DNA from: a virus
IMG/VR virus record: IMGVR_UViG_3300021171_000010
Location: 9,552-73,551 of that record
Direction: 5' to 3' (one strand)
Length of the DNA stretch: 64,000 nt
This document shows, one piece after another, positions 9,121-19,477 of the stretch. The notes beneath the pieces were generated by a model. That model ran no database searches. It saw nothing but the letters and a program-made list of their open reading frames with translations, and was not told the DNA's origin. The translations under genes were made by a program, and so were the position numbers. Numbering within the stretch: the stretch's first letter is position 1; each line of letters opens with the position of its first letter.

Positions 9121-10689
9121 ATGCCTAATCCGGTAGTCAATAGGCGCCTGGGCGGAGGAGCCAGTGGGTCTAACCCGTTGCTGAATGGGATTATTTCCTA
9201 TTGGGATTTTCAGACTTCATCTTACCTGGATTTGGTAGACGGAAATAACCTGTCTGCACCTAACGGTGGGGTGACTACCCAAGCTGAATTTATTGCTAAC
9301 GGTATTCAGGTTAGTTCGGGCGTTGGGGCTGTAGTAGGTATAGCGGATAACGCTAGTTTATCCGGAGGAGCGGGCGTATCGTTTACAGTAAGTGTGTGGT
9401 CTAATACCGCCAGTGGAACAAATGGTTTGCTTATCGGGAAGTGGGATAAAACGCACAATGATTATGCTATTCTGATTAATAGCCAGGATAGAGTAGTATT
9501 TGTAGCTACTGACATCACCACAGGGCTTGTCGTTGAAGTTGATTCAAAGTTTAATGTGTCCGGGGCGTCTAGCTTTAATCATTTTTGTGCCGGATTTGAT
9601 GCTACGGTAGGTGCGATTTGGCTACAGATTAATGGTGGAGTTCGATTTTATTCTAGTTGTAGTGGAGTTCAACGAACAGTAGCTGCTTTCACTGTGGGTA
9701 ATTTTGGGTTGGCTTCGGCCCAAACTGGATTAGGCGCAGGTTTGGATGAGGCCGCTTTTTGGCACCGTAGCTTAAGTGCAGATGAAGTCAATCTTCTTTA
9801 TAACATGGGAATTGGAAATCAGTATCCATTCTCTGGAGTTGTGGTGACTGGAAGCTCTTTGACTGTAGGCCAGGATTGGGCGAATAGGGTAGTTTCAAAC
9901 GGTGGCGCTGCGCCTAGTTCCACTTCTATAAACGCCGCAAATGATTTTTATAGTGGATTGGTGACTGATGGATTGGCCGGAATAGTAGTAGCTGCCAATA
10001 TGTTTGCCCCGGACAATCTGATTGCGGCTATTACTCCGTTGATTGCACAGGCCGGTTCTGACCCTTGGGTTAATCACAATTTTGTAATTGGTGATTTGAC
10101 TGTAAATGGATTGGTAGGAGATGGGTCCACTAAATATTTAGCAACCGGGATAATTCCCGGGCTAGCGGATGTTTTTCGATTGAATGCGCCATTGACTAGT
10201 ATTTCTGCCGGATTAGTCGGATACACATCAGTTGATAACTCTGGTTCGCAGGAAGAACTTGCTTGTTATGGGGCCAATACTCAATCTGAATTTGGATTGG
10301 CGACTAATTTTGGCGGCTCCTCATACCTCACTTGTTGGAAATTTGTTACTTCTGGCACTGATGACATTGTTGTTACTGCGCCCTCTCCTGCCACTGGCTA
10401 TTTTTCTGGGCAACGAACCGCTTCGAATGCAATTGCATTTTATTTTGCTAATAGTGGGCATGCGCACTCTACTCTAGGGAGCGGAACAGGCAATCAAACG
10501 GGTTCAATAGAAACCGTCCAACCGCTTTTTGCTTTTGCTGCCAATAACAATGGTGGAGGTCCAGCTAATTTCACTAGAAAACGACTTTCATTTTTGGCGG
10601 TCACTAAAGGGCTTACTTCGGCGCAAGATGCGAAATTGTTTTCGCGAGTGCAAACTCTGCGCACTACTTTGGGTGGGGGATTCGTATGA
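9121..10689 (+). CDS. LamG/concanavalin-like virion protein with a second C-terminal domain
   Basis: 'IISYWDF', 'SFTVSVW', 'FNHFCAGFD', 'LDEAAFWHRSLSADEV..LYN'; C-terminal half is paralogous to 14911-15792. Confidence 0.75.
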   Translation: MPNPVVNRRLGGGASGSNPLLNGIISYWDFQTSSYLDLVDGNNLSAPNGGVTTQAEFIANGIQVSSGVGAVVGIADNASLSGGAGVSFTVSVWSNTASGTNGLLIGKWDKTHNDYAILINSQDRVVFVATDITTGLVVEVDSKFNVSGASSFNHFCAGFDATVGAIWLQINGGVRFYSSCSGVQRTVAAFTVGNFGLASAQTGLGAGLDEAAFWHRSLSADEVNLLYNMGIGNQYPFSGVVVTGSSLTVGQDWANRVVSNGGAAPSSTSINAANDFYSGLVTDGLAGIVVAANMFAPDNLIAAITPLIAQAGSDPWVNHNFVIGDLTVNGLVGDGSTKYLATGIIPGLADVFRLNAPLTSISAGLVGYTSVDNSGSQEELACYGANTQSEFGLATNFGGSSYLTCWKFVTSGTDDIVVTAPSPATGYFSGQRTASNAIAFYFANSGHAHSTLGSGTGNQTGSIETVQPLFAFAANNNGGGPANFTRKRLSFLAVTKGLTSAQDAKLFSRVQTLRTTLGGGFV

Positions 10690-10877
10690 TAAAGAGGATT
10701 TTGGAAAACGAAAAACTACTTTTTGCCGCCCTCGGTTTTAATGGTGTGCTGGAAGGAATCAGGCACATTATTGTGAAATACCAACCCGAACTTACTGCTT
10801 TGCTTACGCTTTTACAGATAGCTATCGCGGCGCTTACCTTGGCGCACTTGGGTAAAAAACTCCTGAAGAAAAAATGA
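10686..10877 (+). CDS. Holin-like small membrane protein
   Basis: 63 aa, hydrophobic helices, basic C-terminal tail (KKLLKKK). Confidence 0.45.
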   Translation: MIKRILENEKLLFAALGFNGVLEGIRHIIVKYQPELTALLTLLQIAIAALTLAHLGKKLLKKK

Positions 10878-11626
10878 AAAAAATCCTGACCTTACTTGCG
10901 TTATCCTCGTTCTTGTTTACTGGGTGCGCTCTTATTCCTAAACCGGTTGAGTTTTTCCAGAAGAAAGTGAAATCCTTCCCCGAGCCCACTTCTAAGCAGG
11001 TGGAAGTTCAGAAACAAACTGCACAACGGGCTAAGGAAGCGGCTCAGGCTACCCTAAGCACCGCAGTGGATGAGGGCGCTAGCACAAATCTTGTGGCGAC
11101 TGCCAAAGATACCGCGGTGCTCACCGACGCAGTTTCGACTTCTCTGGGGCCGCCCGTGAAACCGTCTGTGGCGCCCGCGCAGGATTTGTCCACAGAGCTT
11201 TTGACCCAGGTAGCGAAGCTAAACCGAAAGATTGATGCTTTCGCTGAAGCAAACGAAAAGGTGGAAGGTAAAAAAATTGAAGGCACCGGAGTTTTTTCGG
11301 TTCCTTACTTCGTGTATGCCGGCGGATTTGTTTTGCTTGTGGTGGTTGGATGGCACTTGGCTAAAACTGCCTTGATGGCCGGTTCGATTGCTAATCCGGC
11401 GATTGCTCCCCTACTGGGCCTTGCAAATGGCGGCATGAACGCTGCCGGTGCCGCGGCGGGAAAGGGACTGCAACAGGTGGTTGCGGGAGGCTCCGCATTT
11501 CTTAAAAAATTGGAAACGGAAGTGACAGACCCCGCGCTCCGACAAAGAGTGAAAGACCTTTTCGTGGCGGCACACAAAGAGGCTCAGGATGCGGATGTGA
11601 AAGTGCTTGTTGACAAGCTTAAATGA
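10874..11626 (+). CDS. Lipoprotein with internal transmembrane segment (spanin-like)
   Basis: Signal peptide II lipobox 'LFTGC', coiled-coil region, TM segment 'YFVYAGGFVLLVVVGW'. Confidence 0.55.
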   Translation: MKKILTLLALSSFLFTGCALIPKPVEFFQKKVKSFPEPTSKQVEVQKQTAQRAKEAAQATLSTAVDEGASTNLVATAKDTAVLTDAVSTSLGPPVKPSVAPAQDLSTELLTQVAKLNRKIDAFAEANEKVEGKKIEGTGVFSVPYFVYAGGFVLLVVVGWHLAKTALMAGSIANPAIAPLLGLANGGMNAAGAAAGKGLQQVVAGGSAFLKKLETEVTDPALRQRVKDLFVAAHKEAQDADVKVLVDKLK

Positions 11627-11641
11627 ACCGACTCTTAGCCT

Positions 11642-11815
11642 GTGGACAATGACCAAGATGATGGTGCCCCGCCGGTGAACAACACCGGCCGAAGCGCCGA
11701 GAGCGAGGGCGGAGATTTTCCTGTTGCCCACGCGCACCCCGTTAGGCCGCGAAACGTTATGCAAGTTCCTCCGCCCGCGCCGCAATACGTTTTGGTTGTT
11801 ACTAACCCCGATTGA
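11642..11815 (+). CDS. Small hypothetical protein (57 aa, not in the ORF track)
   Basis: GTG start 4 nt after ACTCTTA; fills the gap to ATG 11819 (MDNDQDDGAPP...VVTNPD). Confidence 0.45.
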   Translation: MDNDQDDGAPPVNNTGRSAESEGGDFPVAHAHPVRPRNVMQVPPPAPQYVLVVTNPD

Positions 11816-11818
11816 AAT

Positions 11819-13018
11819 ATGCCTGGAGACACTGGAAATTGCACCGATTGCGGGACTTGTAATCCACAAAACCCCAATCCTATCGATACTTGCGGCCGGT
11901 CGTTGCTGCAGTGTGACAACCCTTGCCGTTCGCAGCCGGGAAACACGGCAGCTTGTGAATCGCTCCCCAGCCAGATTCAGAATTTCACGCTCCAGTTTTT
12001 CGGCACAGTGGTCAAGACGGAAGTAAATGGTGTGGTTCAGTGGCTTCTGCCCTGCAGTCTGGACGTTGGTTTGCCGGCGAATCCTCGCGGAGTGGATGAG
12101 GGTTTGGCTTGTTATTTCCTTAGGCTATTTCAAACGGGGATTACCGGTTTGCAGGGGCCGCCCGGAGCGCGCGGCCCATCGGGTTGTGACGGACGAAACG
12201 CATACACTGTTACGCTGCAGGCCTTTTCTCAGCCAAGTTTGGGAAGCCCAATCGCCCAGGTGCTGACCCAATACAATCCTGCCATTTTGACGGGCCTATC
12301 TGTTTACATCGCGGGGTCTGGGTGGTATCGAGTCACTCAGGCAAATTCTGATGGCACCCTTTTTCTGTCCTTGGAGGAGTCGCTTGTCAATGCGCCGTCA
12401 AGCATTCCGGCGGGTTCGTTGGTGGTCATCGCTGGCGAGCCGGGCGCACCTGGGCTTACCGGACCGGTTGGACCCCAGGGGCCTCAAGGTTTGCAGGGCG
12501 GTCAGGGTCCTGTTGGACCTATCGGGCCGCCGGGAATTCAGGGACCTCCGGGAACGCCGGGCAATACTCCCGTGCTCGCTTTTGGGTTTGCCCATGGCAC
12601 AGATAGTGGCGGCGCTGATGCTAGCGTAGGTAGCTCTTACGCCGCGTTGAATTTTGGACCGGGAACTTTCGGATTTGTTGCTGTTGCGACAGGAACGTAT
12701 TTCATCACGGTGGTGCTCACATTTAGCGTAACGCAGAATGATAATGTGGCGCCTAATCTGATTCCATCTCCGTTTGGCAAGTTGGTAAATATCACAGCCA
12801 GTGCAGACATTGCTTCTTCGGAGGTTTCAGTCACACCGTCCAAGATGGCATCGTTGCCTGGAGTTACACAAGTTCAATTGACAATTAGTTCAATTGTAAC
12901 TGTAGGCGCGCCGAATACATCAATCGGAGTTTACACTAAAGCTAACGGAATCGCGGGCTCTAGCTCGGTGACTGCCATATCGGCACAAACAGTAATTAAT
13001 TGGGTGAAAATCGCATGA
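11819..13018 (+). CDS. Collagen-like fibre protein with Cys-rich N-terminus
   Basis: G-X-Y repeats ([10 protein letters not shown]...), Cys-rich start, beta-rich C-terminal head. Confidence 0.8.
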   Translation: MPGDTGNCTDCGTCNPQNPNPIDTCGRSLLQCDNPCRSQPGNTAACESLPSQIQNFTLQFFGTVVKTEVNGVVQWLLPCSLDVGLPANPRGVDEGLACYFLRLFQTGITGLQGPPGARGPSGCDGRNAYTVTLQAFSQPSLGSPIAQVLTQYNPAILTGLSVYIAGSGWYRVTQANSDGTLFLSLEESLVNAPSSIPAGSLVVIAGEPGAPGLTGPVGPQGPQGLQGGQGPVGPIGPPGIQGPPGTPGNTPVLAFGFAHGTDSGGADASVGSSYAALNFGPGTFGFVAVATGTYFITVVLTFSVTQNDNVAPNLIPSPFGKLVNITASADIASSEVSVTPSKMASLPGVTQVQLTISSIVTVGAPNTSIGVYTKANGIAGSSSVTAISAQTVINWVKIA

Positions 13019-13353
13019 AACAAATGGACCGAGATTTGAATATGTCGGAGATGGGGCCGGATAGCCAGCCCGAGATGCCGAGAAACGACCACTATCCCAC
13101 AATTCATTTTGAGGGGCCGGAGGAACTCGGCTTGCCGGAGCACGGCACGATGCTAGTTCATTACAAGGTAAAGCGCGAGGTGGAAACGAAACACCCCCCG
13201 GACCGGCACTGGTATTCTTGCGATATCGAGATTCGAAAAATTTGTGGGGCTGAAGCAGAGAAAGATATGCGACCCTCTAAACGTGATACATCAGCAGAAG
13301 ACAGTTTGGACAGGCTGATGAAAGAGCGCGAAGAGGGCGGTTCACGTGAGTAA
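13015..13353 (+). CDS. Small acidic hypothetical protein
   Basis: ATGA overlap with the upstream gene; 112 aa, highly charged. Confidence 0.55.
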   Translation: MKQMDRDLNMSEMGPDSQPEMPRNDHYPTIHFEGPEELGLPEHGTMLVHYKVKREVETKHPPDRHWYSCDIEIRKICGAEAEKDMRPSKRDTSAEDSLDRLMKEREEGGSRE

Positions 13354-14911
13354 TCAGGGACCGGTGGGGCCTCAAGGTCCGGTTGGGCCTCAAGGAGCTC
13401 CTGGCGTAGTGGGACCAGTTGGTCCGCAGGGCTCCACAGGCCCTCAAGGTTTTGACGGGGCTCAAGGTGTTCCTGGACCGATTGGCCCACAGGGTGCCAC
13501 AGGTCCGCAAGGTGTCCCTGGACCGGTTGGTCCACAAGGCGCCACAGGCCCTCAAGGGCCGGCTGGCAATGGTGGGACCGGAGTAGTCAGCACTAGTAAT
13601 TTCTACAACATCAAGACTGATTTTGGTGCTTTGGGGGACGGAACAACTGATGACACAATTGCCATACAGAATGCTATTAACGTCGTAGCTGCCTCGCCTG
13701 CTGGTGGGACAATCTTTTTTCCCAATGGTGTCTATATAATCGGCGGAGCCATGCGAGGAAGTGGAGCGTATCAAGCCCAGTTGCTTATACCTGAAATTCC
13801 AAACTACCCAAACCAAACCACGCTTATTCGATTTGTCGGTCCCGAGATGCCGGCACAAGGTCTCCCAGTAATTGCCTCTTTACCGAATGCTTTTGGCGGC
13901 GCTGTTTTAAAAAGCACCTTAGCTTCTACTGGAGGCGGCACCAATGCTGTAATCGCTACTGTTCGAAATACGGTTCCTAATTTTAACAACTTTAATTCCG
14001 TGTCAATAGATATGGAGAATCTGACAATCCAAGTGTCAGATAATCCTCAAATTTCTGGATTAAATTTCAGAAAAGCAGTTTGTCTCCGCCTGCGCGGGGT
14101 CACCGTTTACACGGGAGTGGCGCCGTTTTCATCCTCCAAGCCCACACTTACTACTTCCATAGGCGTTGTGACGCCTGACAACAACAACGGAGCTTTTACT
14201 AGGCTTGACGACACTGTTGTAAGTGGTTTTTATACTGGGTATGAGCTGAATGAACATGCTTGTGGCAATAATGTATGCGCATATTATTGTTTTCAAGGGG
14301 CTACAGTTCCTTTTGCATACCATGCTTTGCATTTCGAGCGTATTCTTTTGGTTCATTGTCCTCATGGGCTTGTGTGGAGCGGAGCATCCAGACTTGATGT
14401 AGAACAACTGGACGTTGAGTATTCTATGGGGGATTGGGCTGTTCTGGTTTCCAATTTGGATGACCCGGGTTCGGTGGCTTCAGGCAATATTCGATGGGCG
14501 GCTGTTCAGGGGGGCACTGGTCCCACTATTGGGGTAATCCATTCTTTTCCAAACGCGGCACCGTTGATTCATCTGCAAGAACTAGGAGATGGATTGCTTA
14601 CCAGCAGTGCAGCCGCAACAGTTTCCGGCCCAACTGTGCTGGATTTTTCTGGGGCTCCCCTTCAAACATTTATAATGTCAGGAGATGTCTCTTTTACTAC
14701 TCAGACCAGACGCGCCGGCGCTTTTTTGAGTGCGCGCATGCTTCCTAATGGGGCGGTTCGTTCAGTTCTTTTTCCGGCTGGGTGGACTTGGTTGGGGGTA
14801 GACAATAGCGCGGGATTATCTTTGCCAGTAGGAAAAACTGGGGTGTTATCTCTCACGTGTTACGGCCCGTTGGATTCGGATGTTGTGGCGGTCTATGCCG
14901 TTTCTCCCTAA
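13346..14911 (+). CDS. Collagen-stalked tailspike or depolymerase (pectate-lyase-like beta-helix)
   Basis: N-terminal GPQ repeats, then '[25 protein letters not shown]...[11 protein letters not shown]' typical of beta-helix spikes. Confidence 0.8.
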   Translation: MSNQGPVGPQGPVGPQGAPGVVGPVGPQGSTGPQGFDGAQGVPGPIGPQGATGPQGVPGPVGPQGATGPQGPAGNGGTGVVSTSNFYNIKTDFGALGDGTTDDTIAIQNAINVVAASPAGGTIFFPNGVYIIGGAMRGSGAYQAQLLIPEIPNYPNQTTLIRFVGPEMPAQGLPVIASLPNAFGGAVLKSTLASTGGGTNAVIATVRNTVPNFNNFNSVSIDMENLTIQVSDNPQISGLNFRKAVCLRLRGVTVYTGVAPFSSSKPTLTTSIGVVTPDNNNGAFTRLDDTVVSGFYTGYELNEHACGNNVCAYYCFQGATVPFAYHALHFERILLVHCPHGLVWSGASRLDVEQLDVEYSMGDWAVLVSNLDDPGSVASGNIRWAAVQGGTGPTIGVIHSFPNAAPLIHLQELGDGLLTSSAAATVSGPTVLDFSGAPLQTFIMSGDVSFTTQTRRAGAFLSARMLPNGAVRSVLFPAGWTWLGVDNSAGLSLPVGKTGVLSLTCYGPLDSDVVAVYAVSP

Positions 14912-15792
14912 TGATTCCTAATTCCCTATGCAATGCGCCGTTTTTAGCATCCGCGGCGAAGGTATCTAGCGCTCCTATATCTGCGGGAGCCGCCTGGGCT
15001 ACTCAAGTTCAGGTTAACGGGGGAGCTAAACCCAGCAATAATTCAATTGCCGCCTGTTCAACTTTTTGGTCCGGTCTGATATCAGATGGAATATCAGGAA
15101 AAATAGTTATGGCTAATGTCATAGCTCCTGATAGTTTGACTGCAGCTTTGACCCCGCTTCAGGCCTCTTACGGTAATTTGCTATGGGCAAATCACAATTT
15201 TCTGGTTTCTGATTTAACTGTGGGTGGTTTAAAAGGTGATGGAGCTACAAAATATTTGGATACGGGCTTAATTCCCGGAGCCGCAAATAGTTTATTGACT
15301 AGCTCATCTTTTGGATTGGCTATATATGTAACAGAAGATAGCGCCGGTGCTGAAGAAGAGTTGTCTTGCTACGGACCATTGAATTCTTCTTGGTGTTCGT
15401 TGATGTCGAACTGGACGCAAGTAGGGGCTTTTGGATGTTGGCGATTCATCAATGTGAATAGTGATTTCATTCGTACCACTTCTCCCAACCCTGCAATTGG
15501 GTATTTTTCAGGGCACCGAGTCGCTTCTAATTTACTGAGCATGTATTTTGCTAGCAGCACGCACGCGCATACTGCGTTGATTACGGGCACTGCTGCTCAG
15601 TCAGGCTCGATTGAATCGGTCAGGTCTTTGTTTGCTTTTGCGGCCAATAACAACGGCACCGGTCCAGCCAATTTTAGCCACAAGCGTCTTTCATTTTTTG
15701 CGGTGACTGCGGGCTTATCATCAGCAGAAGACACGTTGCTGTTCGCGCGGGTGCAAGCGCTTCGGCAGGCCTTGGGCGGGGGATTCATTTGA
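14911..15792 (+). CDS. Virion protein paralogous to the C-terminal domain of 9121-10689
   Basis: Shared 'NGGA.PS', 'APD.L.AA.TPL', 'NHNF...DLTV.GL.GDG.TKYL.TG.IPG', 'RVQ.LR..LGGGF'. Confidence 0.7.
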   Translation: MIPNSLCNAPFLASAAKVSSAPISAGAAWATQVQVNGGAKPSNNSIAACSTFWSGLISDGISGKIVMANVIAPDSLTAALTPLQASYGNLLWANHNFLVSDLTVGGLKGDGATKYLDTGLIPGAANSLLTSSSFGLAIYVTEDSAGAEEELSCYGPLNSSWCSLMSNWTQVGAFGCWRFINVNSDFIRTTSPNPAIGYFSGHRVASNLLSMYFASSTHAHTALITGTAAQSGSIESVRSLFAFAANNNGTGPANFSHKRLSFFAVTAGLSSAEDTLLFARVQALRQALGGGFI

Positions 15793-15807
15793 CCCACTAT
15801 TAATTGT

Positions 15808-16815
15808 ATGTTCTTAGTCAATGACGTTTACGATGAGGCCAAGAACATTATTGGCACGTGCGACGACACCAAGCTTTTTCGATGGCTGGGTGACGCAGTG
15901 TCCATGATTGCTAACAAGGAAGACCTGGAAGGCTGGAAAGGTTACCTGGACATTTGCACGGGACATTGCCCGAATTGCAACGCGAGCTCGACAACCTGCA
16001 ATAATCCGGCTGGATGTGGGCGCCGGGTGGTTACTCTTCCCCGAGAGGTTGACACAGTGATTGGGGTGAACGTAGGCGGCCAGCCAGTTCTTGGCCGGAA
16101 TCAGCTTTTTCAGTTCCACTTAAACGGCCCTGGAAGTTGCCGCACTGTTTGCGAGTGGGCCTATACCGACCAGGGAAATTTTCACGTCACATACAAGGAT
16201 TTGCATACTCCGGCGTTGCTGGTAGGTTACGCCGGCAATCCTGGGGACAATGGAAAGTCATTCATCGTTTACGGGTATGACGACAAGCAGAACGTTCTTC
16301 GGCGCCAGGAGGGCGGAGTTTGGCTAAACGGGCTTCGGGTGCAGATAAGCTACGGTTACGCTATTCCTGCCGTAGGTGACCCGCTCGTGTCGCGCATCAC
16401 CGGGCTTTTCAAAGACCCGACTATTTCTAGCGCACGCCTCTCGACAATTGACAGCAGCGGCTCAACCGGAGTGCTTCTGGGGATTTATGAGCCCGATGAA
16501 ACAACTCCACAACTCCGCCGGATTCAATTGAATCGTTCTTGTAACTGGGTCCGTATTGCCTACAGGAAAATAAATCCGATATTTTCAAGTAAGTTTGACC
16601 ACATCCCGTTGCGCAGTCGTGTAGCGCTTTTGGTGGCTGTTCAGGCTCGTAAACATTATGACGATAGGCAGGCTGCCGATGCTCACGCCGCGGAAGCGGA
16701 TGCGGCTCGGTTGGAGCTTGAGGCCCAATATGCAGCCGAGCCACCTAACTTTTTTCCGCCACAAGTTATTGACATGTCAAATCCCCGTGATAAATACGAT
16801 TATGACATCCGTTAA
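15808..16815 (+). CDS. Putative head-tail adaptor or tail protein
   Basis: N- and C-terminal helices with a beta-rich middle; first gene of the podoviral tail module; ACTATTA upstream. Confidence 0.5.
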   Translation: MFLVNDVYDEAKNIIGTCDDTKLFRWLGDAVSMIANKEDLEGWKGYLDICTGHCPNCNASSTTCNNPAGCGRRVVTLPREVDTVIGVNVGGQPVLGRNQLFQFHLNGPGSCRTVCEWAYTDQGNFHVTYKDLHTPALLVGYAGNPGDNGKSFIVYGYDDKQNVLRRQEGGVWLNGLRVQISYGYAIPAVGDPLVSRITGLFKDPTISSARLSTIDSSGSTGVLLGIYEPDETTPQLRRIQLNRSCNWVRIAYRKINPIFSSKFDHIPLRSRVALLVAVQARKHYDDRQAADAHAAEADAARLELEAQYAAEPPNFFPPQVIDMSNPRDKYDYDIR

Positions 16816-17446
16816 GTTTACCTTATGGTTTGCGAAAACGATTTTATCGCTCATTCCGGAATCGAATGCGTTTAATTCTTGGGCAGCTAAACGTCGCAGT
16901 TATTTAAAAAGAAAAGGCACCGAGTTTGAAAAATTGAGAGCTAGACTCGCCGCCGCGCGATTTAGAAAAGCACATCCCGAGAAGGCTGGGGAATACTGGG
17001 ACGCATATTACGAGGAACATAAACAAGTTTTGTTTCAAAATAAAAAAGAATTCAACAAACGTAATCCAGAAAAGGTCCGACGATACGGGAGGAACAAGCA
17101 GCGAAATCGCCGAGTAAAAGACCCGGCGTATAGAATCGAATCTTCTATTCGATGCCGTATGCGATTGGCACTTAAAGGACTGAGTAAAAGTAAAAATACT
17201 TTATTACTATGTGGAGTTTCTTCTTGGCAGGAATTGCGCGCCAAGATTGAGCAGACTTTTTTGCCTGGATTTTCGTGGGGTAATTATGGGACCGTGTGGC
17301 ACATAGACCACAAACGTCCTTGCGCAAGTTTTGATTTGTCAGACCCCATACAGCAGGCACAGTGCTTTCATTGGTCAAATCTTCAGGCTCTTTCAGTTCA
17401 AGAAAATTTGAGCAAAGGTGCAAAATGGAATCCGGAGGGAAAGTAA
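16802..17446 (+). CDS. HNH-type homing endonuclease
   Basis: Basic helical N-terminus; 'W.NYG..WHIDHKRPCASFDL...CFHWSNLQAL...ENLSKG'; lower GC. Confidence 0.8.
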   Translation: MTSVKFTLWFAKTILSLIPESNAFNSWAAKRRSYLKRKGTEFEKLRARLAAARFRKAHPEKAGEYWDAYYEEHKQVLFQNKKEFNKRNPEKVRRYGRNKQRNRRVKDPAYRIESSIRCRMRLALKGLSKSKNTLLLCGVSSWQELRAKIEQTFLPGFSWGNYGTVWHIDHKRPCASFDLSDPIQQAQCFHWSNLQALSVQENLSKGAKWNPEGK

Positions 17447-19477
17447 ATGGGCCAGCTTCCTCAAGCAACAGACTCGAACCTAATTCAGGACTTCGATGGC
17501 AGTTTTTTTCAGGGTTCCAAATCCGATTGTGACCCGTCCCAGCTACCTGTTGGGTATGCGTGGAACCTGATTAACATGCTGAATCTCGGCGGAGTGCTTT
17601 CTTGCCGTCCCGGGTATCGTTGCATTTATACTTTGCCAGATGGAAATCTTCAGGGCCTAACTCTTTTTCGTCCTCTCGTGGGAGTGGAGCAGCTTATTGC
17701 GGTGGTGGACGGTTTGATTTACGTTTCTCCATATCCGTTCGTTTCATTTACTCAATTAAGGGGCGTGACCCTTTTGCCGGCAGCGGAACAAGTTTTTTGG
17801 GCGCAGACTTTGCAGGCCGCAGAACGAATTACAGAAGACTTCGCATCTGCGATTAAACTAATTCCCAGCAAAGCAGTGTTGTTCATTCAGGACGGCGGAT
17901 TCTCCGCACCTATTTGGTATGATGGCGCCCAGTTTGGTTCTGTGCAAGGCCACGCATTCGACACGCCCGCAGGTGGTTCGATGGTATGGGTGGGCAGCCG
18001 TTTGTGGGTAGCATCAGGAAATCAAGTTTTTGCTAGCGATGTGGGTAATCCATTTTCGTTCCGGGAAAACATTTACTTGGGTGGCAGCTCAGCCTTTTTC
18101 TTTAACGGTCCAGTAACCGCCATGGCTAAAACGCCATCTATCGAAGCCCCTCAATTGATGGTATTCACGGAGCTTGATGGTTCAATCCTTCAGGCTAATA
18201 TTCAAGACCGGACTCAGTGGCCCACCACAGTAGATTTTCAAGTGGAAGTCGTCCAAGTCGGATGCTCGTCGCAGCGTTCCATAGTTTCCCACTACGGCCA
18301 AATCGCATGGTTTTCTCCTTCCGGTGTCGCGATTTTCGACCCCGCCACTGCGGGCAAATTGACTGCGCGGTTACCCGTAAGAGACAATGAAATGTTGGTC
18401 AGCAAAACTCGTTTAAACGATGACCTTTCCTTGGTAGCGACCGGCGTGTTCGGACAATTTTTAATGTTCTCAGTGCCTGTGGATGACATCTACAATAAAC
18501 ATACCTGGGTGCTCAATCACGCGAGTTTCGAAACCTTGTCAGATACTTCCGGACCTTCCTGGTCTGGTTATTGGCTGGGCACTCGACCGGTAGAGTGGGC
18601 GTATGGGACGGTAGCGGACGTGCAGCGAATTTATCACATTTCAAAAGATGCAGATGGGCATAATCGAATCTGGGAAGCTTTTCGGCCGGAAAGATTGGAT
18701 AATGGTTGCCCGATTACCTGGGCCATGGAAAGTCGGGCCTATTTTGGCCTGACGGCTCCCACCCAGATGAAGGGGCCAGGACAGCGCGCCCGGCTTACCT
18801 GGGGTGATATTGCCATGGCCGGAATCGGTGAGGACATCGACTTGGGGGCGTTTTACGCTGGCGGCACGCGCGGCGCCTATAAACCGTTTCTAGCTAAACG
18901 GCTATCGGTGGCAAGAGGCAGTTTAGCATTTGACCAAGACATTGGAATTAATTCCCAGCTTTTCGCGTTCAAACCGCAATCCCGAGTGGTTCGCACGGAA
19001 GACGCCAGCAAGCAGCCTCTAGATTCTCCTTTAGCTTCGTGTGGCGCCGAGCGCCCCGAAAACGAGAATATTGATGAAAGTTTTCAATTCCTGATTGTGG
19101 GTCACGGGCCGGCAACCATTAGATGGGTGAGAGCATTTGGTCAAACTGTTCCGGAAGCCTTTCAAGGCAGCGGAACCGCATGCACTGATGAAACCGGAGT
19201 GAACGCCGTTCGATTTGATGGTGTTGGTGTGGCTGCTAATGATGAAGCCGGCGCTATCGCCGCTCTGGCGGCCGTCAATACGCAGCGTTATACTTCAGTG
19301 CAAACAGTGTCTGTTACTCAAAAAGGATTCTCTGAAGTAGGTGTAGGGAACGCTGAAAGTATAGTGTCTCAGGAAGCAGCCGACCGAGTGGCGGGAATTA
19401 TTGCCACCAAGCAGGCTGAAGCAGCCTTGTTCGCAGTTGTTCCCCCCGTGGTTTCGCAGGGGGTGGGGCTCCCGTGA
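17447..19477 (+). CDS. Tail nozzle or DNA-stabilisation protein (P22 gp10 / T7 gp12-like beta-propeller)
   Basis: 676 aa, beta-rich; 'LINM...GVLSCRPG' N-terminus, 'RLWVA', 'GCSSQRSIV'; position after the adaptor. Confidence 0.6.
   Translation: MGQLPQATDSNLIQDFDGSFFQGSKSDCDPSQLPVGYAWNLINMLNLGGVLSCRPGYRCIYTLPDGNLQGLTLFRPLVGVEQLIAVVDGLIYVSPYPFVSFTQLRGVTLLPAAEQVFWAQTLQAAERITEDFASAIKLIPSKAVLFIQDGGFSAPIWYDGAQFGSVQGHAFDTPAGGSMVWVGSRLWVASGNQVFASDVGNPFSFRENIYLGGSSAFFFNGPVTAMAKTPSIEAPQLMVFTELDGSILQANIQDRTQWPTTVDFQVEVVQVGCSSQRSIVSHYGQIAWFSPSGVAIFDPATAGKLTARLPVRDNEMLVSKTRLNDDLSLVATGVFGQFLMFSVPVDDIYNKHTWVLNHASFETLSDTSGPSWSGYWLGTRPVEWAYGTVADVQRIYHISKDADGHNRIWEAFRPERLDNGCPITWAMESRAYFGLTAPTQMKGPGQRARLTWGDIAMAGIGEDIDLGAFYAGGTRGAYKPFLAKRLSVARGSLAFDQDIGINSQLFAFKPQSRVVRTEDASKQPLDSPLASCGAERPENENIDESFQFLIVGHGPATIRWVRAFGQTVPEAFQGSGTACTDETGVNAVRFDGVGVAANDEAGAIAALAAVNTQRYTSVQTVSVTQKGFSEVGVGNAESIVSQEAADRVAGIIATKQAEAALFAVVPPVVSQGVGLP

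Noticed and set aside
13355-13570. Tandem DNA repeats
   Set aside because: These are collagen G-X-Y codons, not a CRISPR array or iterons
9870-15792. Duplicated adhesin domains as a DGR template and variable-repeat pair
   Set aside because: No reverse transcriptase in the window; divergence is general rather than adenine-specific
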